Assembly (NCBI RefSeq): GCF_900232105.1
Contig: NZ_LT934425.1
Coordinates: forward strand, 3,390,001 to 3,422,000
From: Candidatus Kuenenia stuttgartensis
GTDB lineage: Bacteria > Planctomycetota > Brocadiia > Brocadiales > Brocadiaceae
DNA: 32,000 nucleotides
Reading direction: 5' to 3'
In this document: in pieces, positions 17,779 to 26,377 of the stretch
Position numbering within the stretch: position 1 is the first letter of the stretch
Layout: every line of letters begins with the position of its first letter
Notes under the pieces: model-generated
Databases searched by the model: none
What the model was told of the DNA's origin: nothing
What the model saw: only the letters and a program-made list of their open reading frames with translations
Made by a program: the position numbers and the translations under genes

Positions 17779-19095
17779 ATGCCTACAATTTTTGATGCTT
17801 TTTATATAATAGCACTTACCTTTGGTTTTCCCTATTTTCTCCTGAAAATTTTAATAAATAAGCGGTTCCGCACTGGTTTATTACAACGTTTTGGCTTTAT
17901 TCCGGCAAAAGCCGGCAAAAAACCTTGTATATGGATTCATTGCGCTTCGGTTGGAGAGGTTCTAGCCGCAAAGACTCTTATAAAGTCCATAGAAAAAGAG
18001 TTCGACGGGTTTGAAATAGCGTTGTCTGTTAATACAAATACGGGGTTTTCTGTTGCAAAAAAATATTTTGAAGGAAAGAGGATTTTTTATTTTCCGCTTG
18101 ATTTGAGCTGGGTGGTCAATAAAGCATTCAACAGAATAAAGCCGCAATTAATACTATTAATAGAACTGGAAATATGGCCGAATTTTATAACTGCCGCTGC
18201 AAAAAAACAAATTCCCGTTGTTTTGGTAAATGCAAGAATATCTGCTAAATCAGCGAAGTGGTACCGGTTGTTTTGCCGGATTTCGTGCATGTTTTCAAAA
18301 AGTTTGCTTAGAAAAGAAAACCTTTTTTGTGCGAGAACGCAGGCTGACGCCTTCCGCCTTAAAGAGCTGGGCATATCGGAGACTCAAATAAAGATCACCG
18401 GTAACATGAAATACGATAATATTGTCACCGATATTCCCGCAAACACAAGAGAACGTTTGCTGGAATTGTTTGAAATTGAAGCGGATGAAGAGGTGATCGT
18501 CTGTGGCAGCACTTTTGAAGGCGAAGAAATTATTCTTTTGAGGGTGTTTAAAAATCTTTGTGTAAAATTTGGTAAATTAAGGTTGATTATTGCGCCGCGT
18601 CATATTGAAAGAGTTCCCTATATTATAAAACAGATAGCTTCTCTGGGGTTTGACTATGCAAAAAAGTCATCGCTTGATAAGGGAAAGAAGGGTGCAGGAT
18701 ATAAGGGGAATCCAATTATTGTTGTTGATACGGTAGGGGAGTTGTCTACTATTTATAGCATTGCTTATTGTGTGTTTGTGGGAAGAAGTTTGATTCCCCA
18801 TGGCGGACAAAATATGGTAGAACCTGCTGGTTTGGCAAAACCTGTTATTGTAGGTCCTCATACGTTTAATTTTAAAGAGGAAGTTGATCTGTTAAAAAAG
18901 GCAGATGCGATTTTGATAGTGGATGATGAACATTCTTTGTCAAAAGCGATAACATATTTATTGGAGCATCCGGAAGAATCCAGGGAAATTGGCAGGAGGG
19001 CACAATTAGCGGTAACAAAACAAAAGGGCGTTGTAAATCGTAATATGAATATATTGAGAGAACATTTTTTGGAAGAGAGGACTGTATTGTTATGA
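17779..19095 (+). CDS. waaA: 3-deoxy-D-manno-octulosonic acid (Kdo) transferase
   Basis: 438 aa. N-terminal membrane anchor, [10 protein letters not shown] motif, GT30-like layout (ARISAKS..., GGSL-like ...[17 protein letters not shown]). Confidence 0.88.
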   Translation: MPTIFDAFYIIALTFGFPYFLLKILINKRFRTGLLQRFGFIPAKAGKKPCIWIHCASVGEVLAAKTLIKSIEKEFDGFEIALSVNTNTGFSVAKKYFEGKRIFYFPLDLSWVVNKAFNRIKPQLILLIELEIWPNFITAAAKKQIPVVLVNARISAKSAKWYRLFCRISCMFSKSLLRKENLFCARTQADAFRLKELGISETQIKITGNMKYDNIVTDIPANTRERLLELFEIEADEEVIVCGSTFEGEEIILLRVFKNLCVKFGKLRLIIAPRHIERVPYIIKQIASLGFDYAKKSSLDKGKKGAGYKGNPIIVVDTVGELSTIYSIAYCVFVGRSLIPHGGQNMVEPAGLAKPVIVGPHTFNFKEEVDLLKKADAILIVDDEHSLSKAITYLLEHPEESREIGRRAQLAVTKQKGVVNRNMNILREHFLEERTVLL

Positions 19096-20258
19096 GGAGC
19101 GGAAGGTATTTATTTACTTCGGAATCTGTTTCAATGGGACACCCTGACAAAATAGCTGATCAGATATCCGATAGCGTATTAGATGCTATGCTGGAACAAG
19201 ACCCTATGAGCAGGGTTGCTTGTGAAACTTTGGTGACAACAGGGGTTGCTTTTGTTGCGGGTGAATTCACCACTAAGGCGAATGTAAATATACCCGATAT
19301 CGTAAGGAATACGATAAAAGAAATAGGCTATTGCGATGCGTCTATGGGATTTGACTATAATACCTGCGCGGTTCTTACAAGCATTGGCAAACAATCGCCG
19401 GATATTTCACAGGGGGTAAGCGGTGAAGGACTACATAAAGAAGAAGGCGCTGGAGATCAGGGAATGATGTTCGGCTACGCTTGCAATGATACGCCGGAAT
19501 TAATGCCCCTTCCAATTATGCTGGCACACAGGGCAATCATAAAGCATGCCGAATTGAGGCAAAACGGGACATTAAAGTATTTGCGTCCTGACGCTAAATC
19601 CCAGATTACGGTTGAATATGAAGGCCTTAAACCTATCAGAGTACATACCGTTGTTATTTCTACACAGCATGCCCCTGATGTTAAACATGACACTATTAAA
19701 ACGGACATGATCGAGAAGGTTGCCAAACAGGTGATACCGGCAAACTTGCTGGACAGCAAAACGATTTATCATATCAATCCTACAGGGCGTTTTGTAATCG
19801 GCGGTCCGCAGGGGGATTGCGGTTTGACCGGCAGGAAGATTATCGTTGATACGTATGGCGGATGGGGTCGTCATGGCGGAGGTGCTTTCTCCGGAAAAGA
19901 TCCAACAAAGGTTGACAGAAGCGCTTGTTATGCAGCCAGACATATCGCAAAAAATTTAGTAGCAGCAGGATTGGCAGACAGGTGTGAGGCGCAGGTGGCG
20001 TATGCTATTGGAGTGGCAAAACCATTGTCTGTTCACATTACTACAGAAGGTACCGGTAAACTCCCGGATGAAAGGCTTACTCAGATTTGTGAAAAAGTTT
20101 TTGATATGACGCCCAGCGGTATTATCAAGAGATTGAATCTGAGAAGGCCAATTTATAAGATTACCGCCAGACATGGACATTTTGGCCGTACCGAGGATTC
20201 ATTTACCTGGGAAAAGACTGATATGGTGGATACGTTACGTAAGGAAGCGGGTGTTTGA
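19092..20258 (+). CDS. metK: S-adenosylmethionine synthetase
   Basis: [57 protein letters not shown]. Start overlaps the waaA stop (ATGA). Confidence 0.97.
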   Translation: MRSGRYLFTSESVSMGHPDKIADQISDSVLDAMLEQDPMSRVACETLVTTGVAFVAGEFTTKANVNIPDIVRNTIKEIGYCDASMGFDYNTCAVLTSIGKQSPDISQGVSGEGLHKEEGAGDQGMMFGYACNDTPELMPLPIMLAHRAIIKHAELRQNGTLKYLRPDAKSQITVEYEGLKPIRVHTVVISTQHAPDVKHDTIKTDMIEKVAKQVIPANLLDSKTIYHINPTGRFVIGGPQGDCGLTGRKIIVDTYGGWGRHGGGAFSGKDPTKVDRSACYAARHIAKNLVAAGLADRCEAQVAYAIGVAKPLSVHITTEGTGKLPDERLTQICEKVFDMTPSGIIKRLNLRRPIYKITARHGHFGRTEDSFTWEKTDMVDTLRKEAGV

Positions 20259-20417
20259 AGTGCGGTAATCGTTTATTACTGAGGGTGCAAAGAACGTTGG
20301 GAAGTAAATACATGAGAGGCTAGAAGTTGGAGAATAGAAACAGTAATCCAGCTTCTGGCTTCCAATACCTACACTATTGATAAGTTTTTGAAGGTGTGAA
20401 TCCTGGAGTGCCATATT

Positions 20418-20624
20418 ATGGTTTATCGCGTATTGATAGAAAAGGGTGAAGACTTTGGTTTTGTAGCCCACTGTCCTGCCATACCTGGATGCCATTCTCA
20501 AGGGGACACTATTGAGGATGCTATAGAAAATATAAAAGACGCCATTAAGGCCTGTTTGGAAGCTTTGGATAAGGATTTGGTAACGCAAACCAAAGAGTTG
20601 GCTTATTTTGAGGTTACAATATAA
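20418..20624 (+). CDS. hicB: HicB-family antitoxin (UPF0150)
   Basis: 68 aa. YRVLIEKGEDFGFVAHCPAIPGCHSQGDTIEDAIENIKDAI... matches the HicB/UPF0150 core. Confidence 0.8.
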   Translation: MVYRVLIEKGEDFGFVAHCPAIPGCHSQGDTIEDAIENIKDAIKACLEALDKDLVTQTKELAYFEVTI

Positions 20625-20625
20625 A

Positions 20626-20856
20626 GTGGCATCAAAACTGCCGGTAATTTCTGGTAAAGAGGCGGTAAAAGCGTTTGAGAAAGCCGGTTGGAAATTTGTA
20701 AGAGTTGGTAGTAATTGTCACATAATACTGAAAAAAGAGGGTGTTATTACAACCCTCTCTATTCCAGCGCATAACACCTTGGATCGTGGTCTATTGCGGT
20801 CATTAATAAGAGATGCATACTTATCTATCGAGGAGTTTAAAAAACTTTTGGAATAA
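20626..20856 (+). CDS. hicA: HicA-family mRNA interferase toxin
   Basis: (V)ASKLPVISGKEAVKAFEKAGWKFVRVGSNCHIILKKEG...LSIPAHNTLDRGLLRSLIRDA matches HicA/YcfA. GTG 20626 lies 1 nt after the hicB stop; the track gives an alternative TTG at 20608. Confidence 0.8.
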   Translation: MASKLPVISGKEAVKAFEKAGWKFVRVGSNCHIILKKEGVITTLSIPAHNTLDRGLLRSLIRDAYLSIEEFKKLLE

Positions 20857-20940
20857 TTGCTAAGTTTGTAACCTGCGCCCAGTAATTAAAACAGATTCTT
20901 GTGTGTTCAGAGTTGTAATCTGAACACATCTTGTAAATCC

Positions 20941-21345
20941 ATGATAACAAAAGATATTATACTCAACAGGGATTATGATGGATTACTGCACCTTACAGGT
21001 GCAGACATAATCTTTTTATTTGGTTCGATCCTTACAGACAGTTTTCATAAAGATAGCGATATTGATATTGGTGTTTATTTTGAAAACCGGCGTTATGATA
21101 AAACCGCTGTTTACGATACCGTCATTGATTTCTTTCAAACTGAAAAAGTAGATGTTGCTTTTTTAAATGAGGCGCCTCCATTGCTCTTATATCAGGTTAT
21201 AAAAAATGGCAAACCTATGGCCTGTGAGAACTATAAAATACTGATGGAATTCAGGCTTCGTAGTATCAAAAAGTATTGGGAGACTAAAAAATTCAGAAAG
21301 ATGAAAGAATATCTATTAAAGAATTATGTCGAAAGAATCAGATGA
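20941..21345 (+). CDS. mntA: MNT-type nucleotidyltransferase (MntA-like antitoxin)
   Basis: ...IIFLFGSILTDSFHKDSDIDIGVYFE... contains the GS...D.D minimal nucleotidyltransferase motif. ATG 20941 follows the hairpin TGTGTTCAG-n9-CTGAACACA (20901-20928); the track start 20899 would begin inside it. Confidence 0.75.
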   Translation: MITKDIILNRDYDGLLHLTGADIIFLFGSILTDSFHKDSDIDIGVYFENRRYDKTAVYDTVIDFFQTEKVDVAFLNEAPPLLLYQVIKNGKPMACENYKILMEFRLRSIKKYWETKKFRKMKEYLLKNYVERIR

Positions 21346-21437
21346 ATTGGCTTCCTGACAATAAAGAGATTTTTATAGGCAAGCTTAATTTCCTTAAGAA
21401 TTATTATGGGGAACTTAAAAGTTTTGTAACAATTTAG
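21342..21437 (+). pseudogene. truncated HepT/DUF86-like toxin remnant (31 codons)
   Basis: ATG overlaps the mntA stop (ATGA), as in mntA-hepT operons. MNWLPDNKEIFIGKLNFLKNYYGELKSFVTI* covers only about the first helix of a DUF86 protein. Assignment rests on position plus weak N-terminal resemblance. Confidence 0.35.
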
Positions 21438-21479
21438 GGTTTTGAAAAATTCCAATAATAGCGATGTTTGTCTCATAGT

Positions 21480-21552
21480 GTAGGGGCTAAGCATTTGCTA
21501 TAAATTGTCATAAATGCGTTCATACCCAAACGGGCAAATGCTTCGCCCCTAC
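21480..21552. repeat. long GTAG-headed inverted repeat (REP/PATE-like hairpin)
   Basis: GTAGGGGCTAAGCATTTGC (21480-21498) pairs with GCAAATGCTTCGCCCCTAC (21534-21552), 18/19 complementary with a 35-nt loop, followed by TTTTT. Confidence 0.8.
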
Positions 21553-21607
21553 TTTTTCAAAAAACTAAAGTGTTACGAAAATTCGGTTTTTATCAGCGTA
21601 TTTAATT

Positions 21608-21653
21608 ACGGAAACTGATGTTGTATAAGAACGGAAACTGATGTTGTATAAGA
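21608..21653. repeat. perfect 23-bp tandem duplication
   Basis: ACGGAAACTGATGTTGTATAAGA occurs twice (21608-21630, 21631-21653), immediately upstream of the RBS and ATG of the DUF1015 gene. Confidence 0.95.
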
Positions 21654-21673
21654 AAGGTGAGTGGTCATAAAAT

Positions 21674-22984
21674 ATGGTAATAATAAAACCCTTTCGTGGT
21701 TTGAGATACAATCATGACATTATAAAAGATTGCTCGGCAGTAATGACGCCTCCTTATGATGTCATATCTCCCGCAGAACAGGAGCGGTATTATAGGAATC
21801 ATCCGAATAATATGATTCGTTTGGATTTGGGAAAGGAATTTCCCGAAGATACGGAAGCGGATAACAGATATACCCGCGCCTCGGAATTTCTTGAGGAGTG
21901 GATGAAGGCGGGCATATTGAAACAAGAGGATGCACCGGCAATTTACATCTATGATCAGGAATTTTCCTATGGCGGTAAGCATTTTATTCGCCGGGGCTTC
22001 ATTGCGTTGGTAAGGCTTGAGCCGTTTGATACAGGATCCATTTATCCTCACGAGCAGACCCTTCCAGGTCCCAAGGCAGACCGCCTGAAACTTATGCAAT
22101 CATGTAAGGCAAATCTCAGTTCAATATTTGCTCTTTTCCCAGATGAAGACAATGCCGCTGATAATTACTTACATTCAATAACCACAACAAAACCGGAAAT
22201 CGATTTTGTTGACGACAGCGGTGTAACAAACAAACTTTGGGTCATTAGAGAAAAAAAGACTATCGATAAGCTCATTGAAATAATGAAGGGAAAAGCCCTT
22301 TTTATCGCTGATGGACACCATCGCTATGAAACATCGTTAGTTTATAAAGAGCAGAAACATAAAGAAAATGGCGGGCAAAATAGGGAATTACCTTCGGATT
22401 ATGTGATGATGGTGTGTGTTTCTATGAATAATCCGGGGCTGCAAATATTCCCTTTTCATCGTGTAGTCCGGCAAATAAAGGACTTTAACCCAGACCATGT
22501 CCTGCATAGTCTTAAAGAGTTCTTTGAGATTGAATATATGGAAAACAGCGGTGGGATTGATGCTATCATGCGAAAACTCAATAGCGATAGTGCTCCCCAT
22601 TGCTTCGTAATGTACGCAGGGCAGGGTGATAGATACAGCCTGTTGCGGTTAAATGATAAAAGGATATTAGAAAAGGTGTTTGCAAATGATCATCCGGAAT
22701 GGAAGCATTTAGACGCAGGCATACTCCATAGCATCGTTTTAAAAAGGATATTGGGAATAAATTCCGACGAAGCAGGTTTGAAAGATTTTATAAAGTATGT
22801 AAAGAATGAAACAGAAGCTGTATCACTCGTACAATCAGGTGCTTTTCAGGCGGCATTTATTTTGCGGCCGACTCTGATAGAACAAGTAAGGGAAATCGCT
22901 CTGGCGCACAAGGTAATGCCGCCAAAGTCAACCTATTTTTATCCCAAATTAATTACCGGTGTTGTGATAAACAAAATTAACTAA
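21674..22984 (+). CDS. DUF1015 family protein
   Basis: 436 aa. MVIIKPFRGLRYN...VMTPPYDVIS..., IADGHHRYETS, FPFHRVV are the characteristic DUF1015 motifs. Confidence 0.85.
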   Translation: MVIIKPFRGLRYNHDIIKDCSAVMTPPYDVISPAEQERYYRNHPNNMIRLDLGKEFPEDTEADNRYTRASEFLEEWMKAGILKQEDAPAIYIYDQEFSYGGKHFIRRGFIALVRLEPFDTGSIYPHEQTLPGPKADRLKLMQSCKANLSSIFALFPDEDNAADNYLHSITTTKPEIDFVDDSGVTNKLWVIREKKTIDKLIEIMKGKALFIADGHHRYETSLVYKEQKHKENGGQNRELPSDYVMMVCVSMNNPGLQIFPFHRVVRQIKDFNPDHVLHSLKEFFEIEYMENSGGIDAIMRKLNSDSAPHCFVMYAGQGDRYSLLRLNDKRILEKVFANDHPEWKHLDAGILHSIVLKRILGINSDEAGLKDFIKYVKNETEAVSLVQSGAFQAAFILRPTLIEQVREIALAHKVMPPKSTYFYPKLITGVVINKIN

Positions 22985-23027
22985 AAGGGGAATCGCACTC
23001 TGATTATTTGGTATTCCAGATTAACGG

Positions 23028-23056
23028 TTGACTGTTTACCTGATTTCAGATAGAAT
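23028..23056 (+). promoter_or_regulatory. sigma70-like promoter for the riboswitch-thrC transcript
   Basis: TTGACT (23028-23033), 17 nt spacer, TAGAAT (23051-23056), about 15 nt upstream of riboswitch P1. Confidence 0.5.
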
Positions 23057-23071
23057 CCTAACTTATACAGT

Positions 23072-23193
23072 ATCTTATCCGGAGTGGCAGAGGGACTGGC
23101 CCTGTGAAGCCACAGCAACCGGCCTGTTCAGATTACGTCTGAACATGGTGCAGGTGCTAATTCCTGTCTCAAGTTTTTGGGAAAAGATAAGAT
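23072..23193 (+). promoter_or_regulatory. SAM-I (S-box) riboswitch aptamer
   Basis: P1 CTTATC (23074-79) pairs with GATAAG (23186-91). Conserved cores are in the canonical order: GGAGTGGCAGAGGGACTGGCCCTGTGAAGCCACAGCAACC, then a P3 hairpin, then GGTGCTAATTCCTG, then AAGATAAG. Confidence 0.85.
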
Positions 23194-23205
23194 AGGAGAA
23201 CAAAT

Positions 23206-23250
23206 AAAAGCCTCATCCTATCTTATTTTTAGGAAAGAGGCTTTTTTTAT
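23206..23250 (+). terminator. riboswitch expression-platform terminator (with competing antiterminator)
   Basis: AAAAGCCTCaTCCT...AGGAaaGAGGCTTTTTTT. TAAGATAGGA (23188-97, sharing the P1 3' strand) can pair with TCCTATCTTA (23216-25), the classic SAM-off switch geometry. Confidence 0.7.
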
Positions 23251-23273
23251 TGCTGAAATATACGGAGAAAGAA

Positions 23274-24518
23274 ATGGGTTATGTAAACGGATTAAAATGC
23301 AGGGAATGCGGAAAAGAATATCCAAAAGAACCATTACATGTTTGCAGTTTTTGTTTCGGGCCTTTAGAGGTAGATTATGATTACGAGGGCATTAAAAAGG
23401 TTATAAACAGAGAAGTTATTCAATCGCGCAGCAATACAATGTGGCGTTACAAAGAACTGCTCCCGATAGACGGCGAACCGACTGTTGGAAGCCAGGTGGG
23501 ATTTACGCCGCTGGTAAAGGCGAATAATCTGGCAAAAATTCTGGGCGTAGAAGAACTCTATGTAAAAAATGATTCGGTAAATTATCCTACGTTTTCCTTT
23601 AAGGACAGAGTGGTTTCAACTGCATTGTCAAAGGCAAAAGAATTTGGCTACAAGATTGTTGGATGCGCAACTACCGGCAATTTGGGAAACTCAGTAGCTG
23701 CACAGGCGGCTCAGGCATGCCTGGAAAGTTATATTATTATGCCAGCAGACCTGGAACAGGGCAAGATTATTGGCACGCTGATATATAATCCTAATGTGAT
23801 AAAAGTAACTGGAAATTATGATCAGGTAAACAGGTTATGTTCTGAAATTGCCGATAAATATGGTTGGGCGATTGTAAACGTAAATATACGACCATATTAC
23901 GGTGAGGGATCAAAGACATTTGGTTATGAAATCATGGAACAACTGGGCTGGAAAGTGCCAAAGCATATTGTCGTGCCCATGGCGGGCGGATCATTAATTA
24001 CAAAGATTGGAAAGGCAATAAAAGAATTTGTACAACTAGGTCTTATTGATGGCGCAGATACAAAATTACATGGTGCTCAAGCCAGTGGAAGTTCTCCGAT
24101 TACTACGGCGGTCAAAGGCAAGACGGATGTGATAAGGCCGGTAAAGCCCAATACCATAGCGCAGTCGATAGCAATTGGAAACCCCGCGGATGGTTTTTAT
24201 TCGGTGAAAAGCATTAATGTTTCCGGTGGATGGGCAGAAGATGTAACGGACGATGAGCTTGTTGAGGGTATTAAATTGCTTGCCAGAACAGAAGGTATTT
24301 TTACGGAAACGGCTGGCGGCGTTACCGTGGCGGTAACGAAAAAACTGATCGAACAAGGAAAGATACCGCGTGATGAATCCATCGTCATTTCCATTACCGG
24401 GAATGGTTTAAAAACACAGGAAGCCGTGATTAACAAATTATATGAGCCAAAAATTATTAACCCTTCCCTTGCCGAATTTGACAAAGTTATGGAAGAAAAA
24501 ATGGCGGCCGTGCGTTAA
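23274..24518 (+). CDS. thrC: threonine synthase family PLP enzyme with N-terminal zinc ribbon
   Basis: MGYVNGLKCRECGKEY...CSFCFGPLEVDYDY zinc ribbon. PLP lysine motif PTFSFKDR. GNLGNSVAAQAA. ATG 23274 has GGAGAAAGAA upstream; the track start 23250 lies inside the terminator. Confidence 0.9.
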   Translation: MGYVNGLKCRECGKEYPKEPLHVCSFCFGPLEVDYDYEGIKKVINREVIQSRSNTMWRYKELLPIDGEPTVGSQVGFTPLVKANNLAKILGVEELYVKNDSVNYPTFSFKDRVVSTALSKAKEFGYKIVGCATTGNLGNSVAAQAAQACLESYIIMPADLEQGKIIGTLIYNPNVIKVTGNYDQVNRLCSEIADKYGWAIVNVNIRPYYGEGSKTFGYEIMEQLGWKVPKHIVVPMAGGSLITKIGKAIKEFVQLGLIDGADTKLHGAQASGSSPITTAVKGKTDVIRPVKPNTIAQSIAIGNPADGFYSVKSINVSGGWAEDVTDDELVEGIKLLARTEGIFTETAGGVTVAVTKKLIEQGKIPRDESIVISITGNGLKTQEAVINKLYEPKIINPSLAEFDKVMEEKMAAVR

Positions 24519-24652
24519 CAGATAATTAATTTGGGAAAACAGAGGTCGGATTCCCAATATCTTTATAATCTTATGTAAATATTTTTTTTGAGTTGTATTC
24601 GCGGAAAACACGTATTCTATACGTATAATATATCTTTCTCTTCCTTAGAATA

Positions 24653-24731
24653 GATTGCTTTGCGGTATGCACATCCGGCAATGATTAGTATCGTATTGTT
24701 TTGCTTCAGTGCAAAACTCCGCAAAGCAATC
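24653..24731. repeat. 13-bp perfect inverted repeat with a nested 7-bp hairpin
   Basis: GATTGCTTTGCGG (24653-65) pairs with CCGCAAAGCAATC (24719-31). Inside is GTTTTGC-ttcagt-GCAAAAC. Confidence 0.75.
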
Positions 24732-24815
24732 CTGAACCTCATAACTCCTGTTTTGTATAGGGATACTTAAGAAGCTCACCATTTGTGATTTATAGACAAT
24801 GTCGTACCAGTTCAA

Positions 24816-24840
24816 CACGGACAAACAAGGTTTGTCCGTG
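24816..24840. repeat. 11-bp perfect stem hairpin, related to the one at 3418
   Basis: CACGGACAAAC-aag-GTTTGTCCGTG. It differs from 3418/3458 (CACAGACAAAC / GTTTGTCTGTG) by a paired A>G / T>C change. Confidence 0.75.
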
Positions 24841-24841
24841 C

Positions 24842-24978
24842 GTAATTATTCAGCTTAAACACGGATTGGCAAAATCACCTGATGAGTGGCTGTATTCCAG
24901 CTTTCATCGCCAGGTAAAGCAAGGCGCTATAATAGCGATTGGGGAGCAGGTACTGAAATGAAATTAAATTTAACGTAA
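24842..24978 (+). pseudogene. 3' remnant of a RayT-type (REP-associated, IS200-like Y1) transposase, copy A
   Basis: ...LKHGLAKSPDEWLYSSFHRQVKQGA, then after a 1-nt frame slip YNSDWGAGTEMKLNLT*. This matches the C-terminal pattern NPVKHGLv..p.dWpySSFHRyV..G.Y..dWG of this family. No N-terminal part is present. A truncated half-REP (TTGTTGGGTTTCGCTTTCAG, about 25008-25027) follows. Confidence 0.5.
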
Positions 24979-25144
24979 AAGTAGAACACGAATAATTTAA
25001 TTTGATTTGTTGGGTTTCGCTTTCAGACTGGGCCAAATGGCCATTTTCCAGAGATTGCTATACAATAAATTAATACCCTTGTGTAATATTGTGGCAAAAT
25101 TGGAATCATCGTTAGTCTCTGCTTATCCCGGAAAGGAGCTAAGA

Positions 25145-25330
25145 ATGCAAGTTGTTTTGAATGCGCCTTAAAGTTTCGAAAACCTGTCAATACAAGAAAA
25201 AGAGCATTTGATTCAAGAATTACAACAGGAATTGATGACTAGATCGGAGATGATTGAGGGCTTCAAAAAACCTGTAGAGGATTTCGAGGATTGGGAAAAA
25301 TTAGGATTTGAGGACGAAGAATGGAACTGA
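25145..25330 (+). pseudogene. decayed antitoxin gene with an in-frame TAA at codon 9
   Basis: ATG 25145, TAA at 25169-71, and the same frame continues ...NLSIQEKEHLIQELQQELMTRSEMIEGFKKPVEDFEDWEKLGFEDEEWN*. It overlaps the mazF-like start by 10 nt. Confidence 0.45.
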
Positions 25331-25660
25331 AAAAAGGCGATATTGTTCTCGTCCAAGCCCCCGCTAACCCTTCAGGCACTGAAATTCAAAAAACACGGCC
25401 AGCCGTCGTTGTTTTCCCCCAAAAGAAATGGCTATACACGGCAATCGAGCCATTGTTATTCCAATTACCGGCAATGTAAGTAAAATCTATCCTTTTGAGT
25501 TCCTGATTAAATCAAAATATTTGTTCAACGAGTCTAAGGGTTGCTGCGACCAAATTCAAACCGTAAGTACAAAGAGAATCATAAAAAATACGGAGACATT
25601 TCAAATTCAGAAATGGAAGCACTTGATAAGGCTTTGAAAAATATCTTACGATTAAAATAG
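25321..25660 (+). pseudogene. MazF/PemK-family toxin pseudogene (at least 2 frameshifts)
   Basis: Frame 1: MELKKGDIVLVQAPANPSGTEIQKTRPAVVV. Frame 2 (track ORF 25428..): ...AIVIPITGNVSKIYPFEFLI...CDQIQTVSTKRIIK. Frame 3: ...SNSEMEALDKALKNILRLK*. Joined they form a complete MazF pattern. The first shift sits in TTTTCCCCCAAAAG runs. Confidence 0.6.
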
Positions 25661-25702
25661 AAAGGCACTTTTTTATTTTCCACTGTTTTTTATCCATTAA
25701 AT

Positions 25703-25819
25703 AAAGCAAGGCGCTTATGATAGCAATTAGGGAGCAGGTACTGAGATTAAATTTGACGTAAACGTAGGGCATGAATAATTTAATTTGTTGGGTCTCGCCT
25801 TACTCAACCCAACCTACAC
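25703..25819 (+). repeat. RayT 3'-end remnant copy B plus REP hairpin
   Basis: KQGAYDSN*GAGTEIKFDVNVGHE* aligns with copy A. Then GTTGGGT (25787-93)-n13-ACCCAAC (25807-13) followed by CTAC, i.e. GTAG directly 5' of the hairpin on the minus strand, the REP architecture. Confidence 0.55.
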
Positions 25820-25849
25820 AACGATAATTAAATCAAAAAGAGATGAAAC

Positions 25850-26146
25850 ATGCTTTTGTTTGATTGGGATCCAATCAAGGCGGGAAGGAATATAAATATT
25901 CACGGCGTATCTTTTGATGAGGCAAGCACTGCTTTCAAAGATATCCTGTCATTAACGATTTATGATCCTTTGCACTCTGACGAAGAGGACCGGTTCATTT
26001 TAATTGGAAATTCCTGTAAAAATCGTCTTTTGGTAATTGTTCATACGGAAAGAGAAGATAAAATCAGAATAATCAGCGCAAGAAAAACAACAAAAAACGA
26101 AAGGAAACAATATGAAGAGAAAGCAAAAAGATCCAGACATGCTTGA
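25850..26146 (+). CDS. brnT: BrnT-family (DUF497) toxin
   Basis: MLLFDWDPIKAGRNINIHGVSFDEASTAF...DEEDRFILIG...LLVIVHTEREDKIRIISARKTTKNERKQYEE is the BrnT/DUF497 signature. Confidence 0.85.
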   Translation: MLLFDWDPIKAGRNINIHGVSFDEASTAFKDILSLTIYDPLHSDEEDRFILIGNSCKNRLLVIVHTEREDKIRIISARKTTKNERKQYEEKAKRSRHA

Positions 26147-26357
26147 AGAGTACGATTTCAGCAAAGGGATTCAGGGAAAATATGCAAAAAAATACAATGA
26201 AGGAACAAATGTCGTGGTTATAGATCCGGATGTTGCAAAGTTTTTCCCTGACCACGACTCTGTAAATGAGGCATTGAGATCATTAACCGAAATTATTAAA
26301 AGGCAAAAAAGGACGTCCAACAAGTCCCCCCATCGGACGGTTGATAGCCGACGCTGA
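26112..26357 (+). CDS. brnA: BrnA-like antitoxin
   Basis: 81 aa overlapping the brnT 3' end. ...MLEEYDFSKGIQGKYAKKY...VVIDPDVAKFFPDHDSVNEALRSL... is the pattern seen in DUF497-partner antitoxins. Confidence 0.7.
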   Translation: MKRKQKDPDMLEEYDFSKGIQGKYAKKYNEGTNVVVIDPDVAKFFPDHDSVNEALRSLTEIIKRQKRTSNKSPHRTVDSRR

Positions 26358-26377
26358 GTTTAATCGTTGAGTGACCA

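Noticed and set aside
20901-20928. The hairpin TGTGTTCAGA-n-TCTGAACACA upstream of mntA shares identical 8-bp arms (TGTTCAGA/TCTGAACA) with the P3 stem of the SAM riboswitch (23124-23144). The purM terminator also uses CTGAAC/GTTCAG.
   Set aside because: No other riboswitch cores surround 20901. The sharing may reflect a common hairpin repeat or chance. It is too short to interpret without genome-wide counts.
23177-23380. Track ORF 23177-23380 and the TTG start at 23250 for the thrC-like gene.
   Set aside because: Both would start inside the riboswitch P1/terminator. ATG 23274 has its own GGAG-type RBS and gives the usual N-terminus directly before the zinc ribbon.
25787-25819. The REP hairpins contain GTTGGGT and ACCCAAC, which fit the integron attC core/inverse-core consensus (GTTRRRY / RYYYAAC), and they separate single-gene cassettes, suggesting an integron cassette array.
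   Set aside because: The order is GTTRRRY...RYYYAAC with only a 13-nt loop, the opposite of attC (inverse core 5', core 3'). There are no L boxes or extrahelical-base pattern, and no intI or attI in the window. The adjacent coding remnants match a RayT-type transposase, so REP is the better reading.
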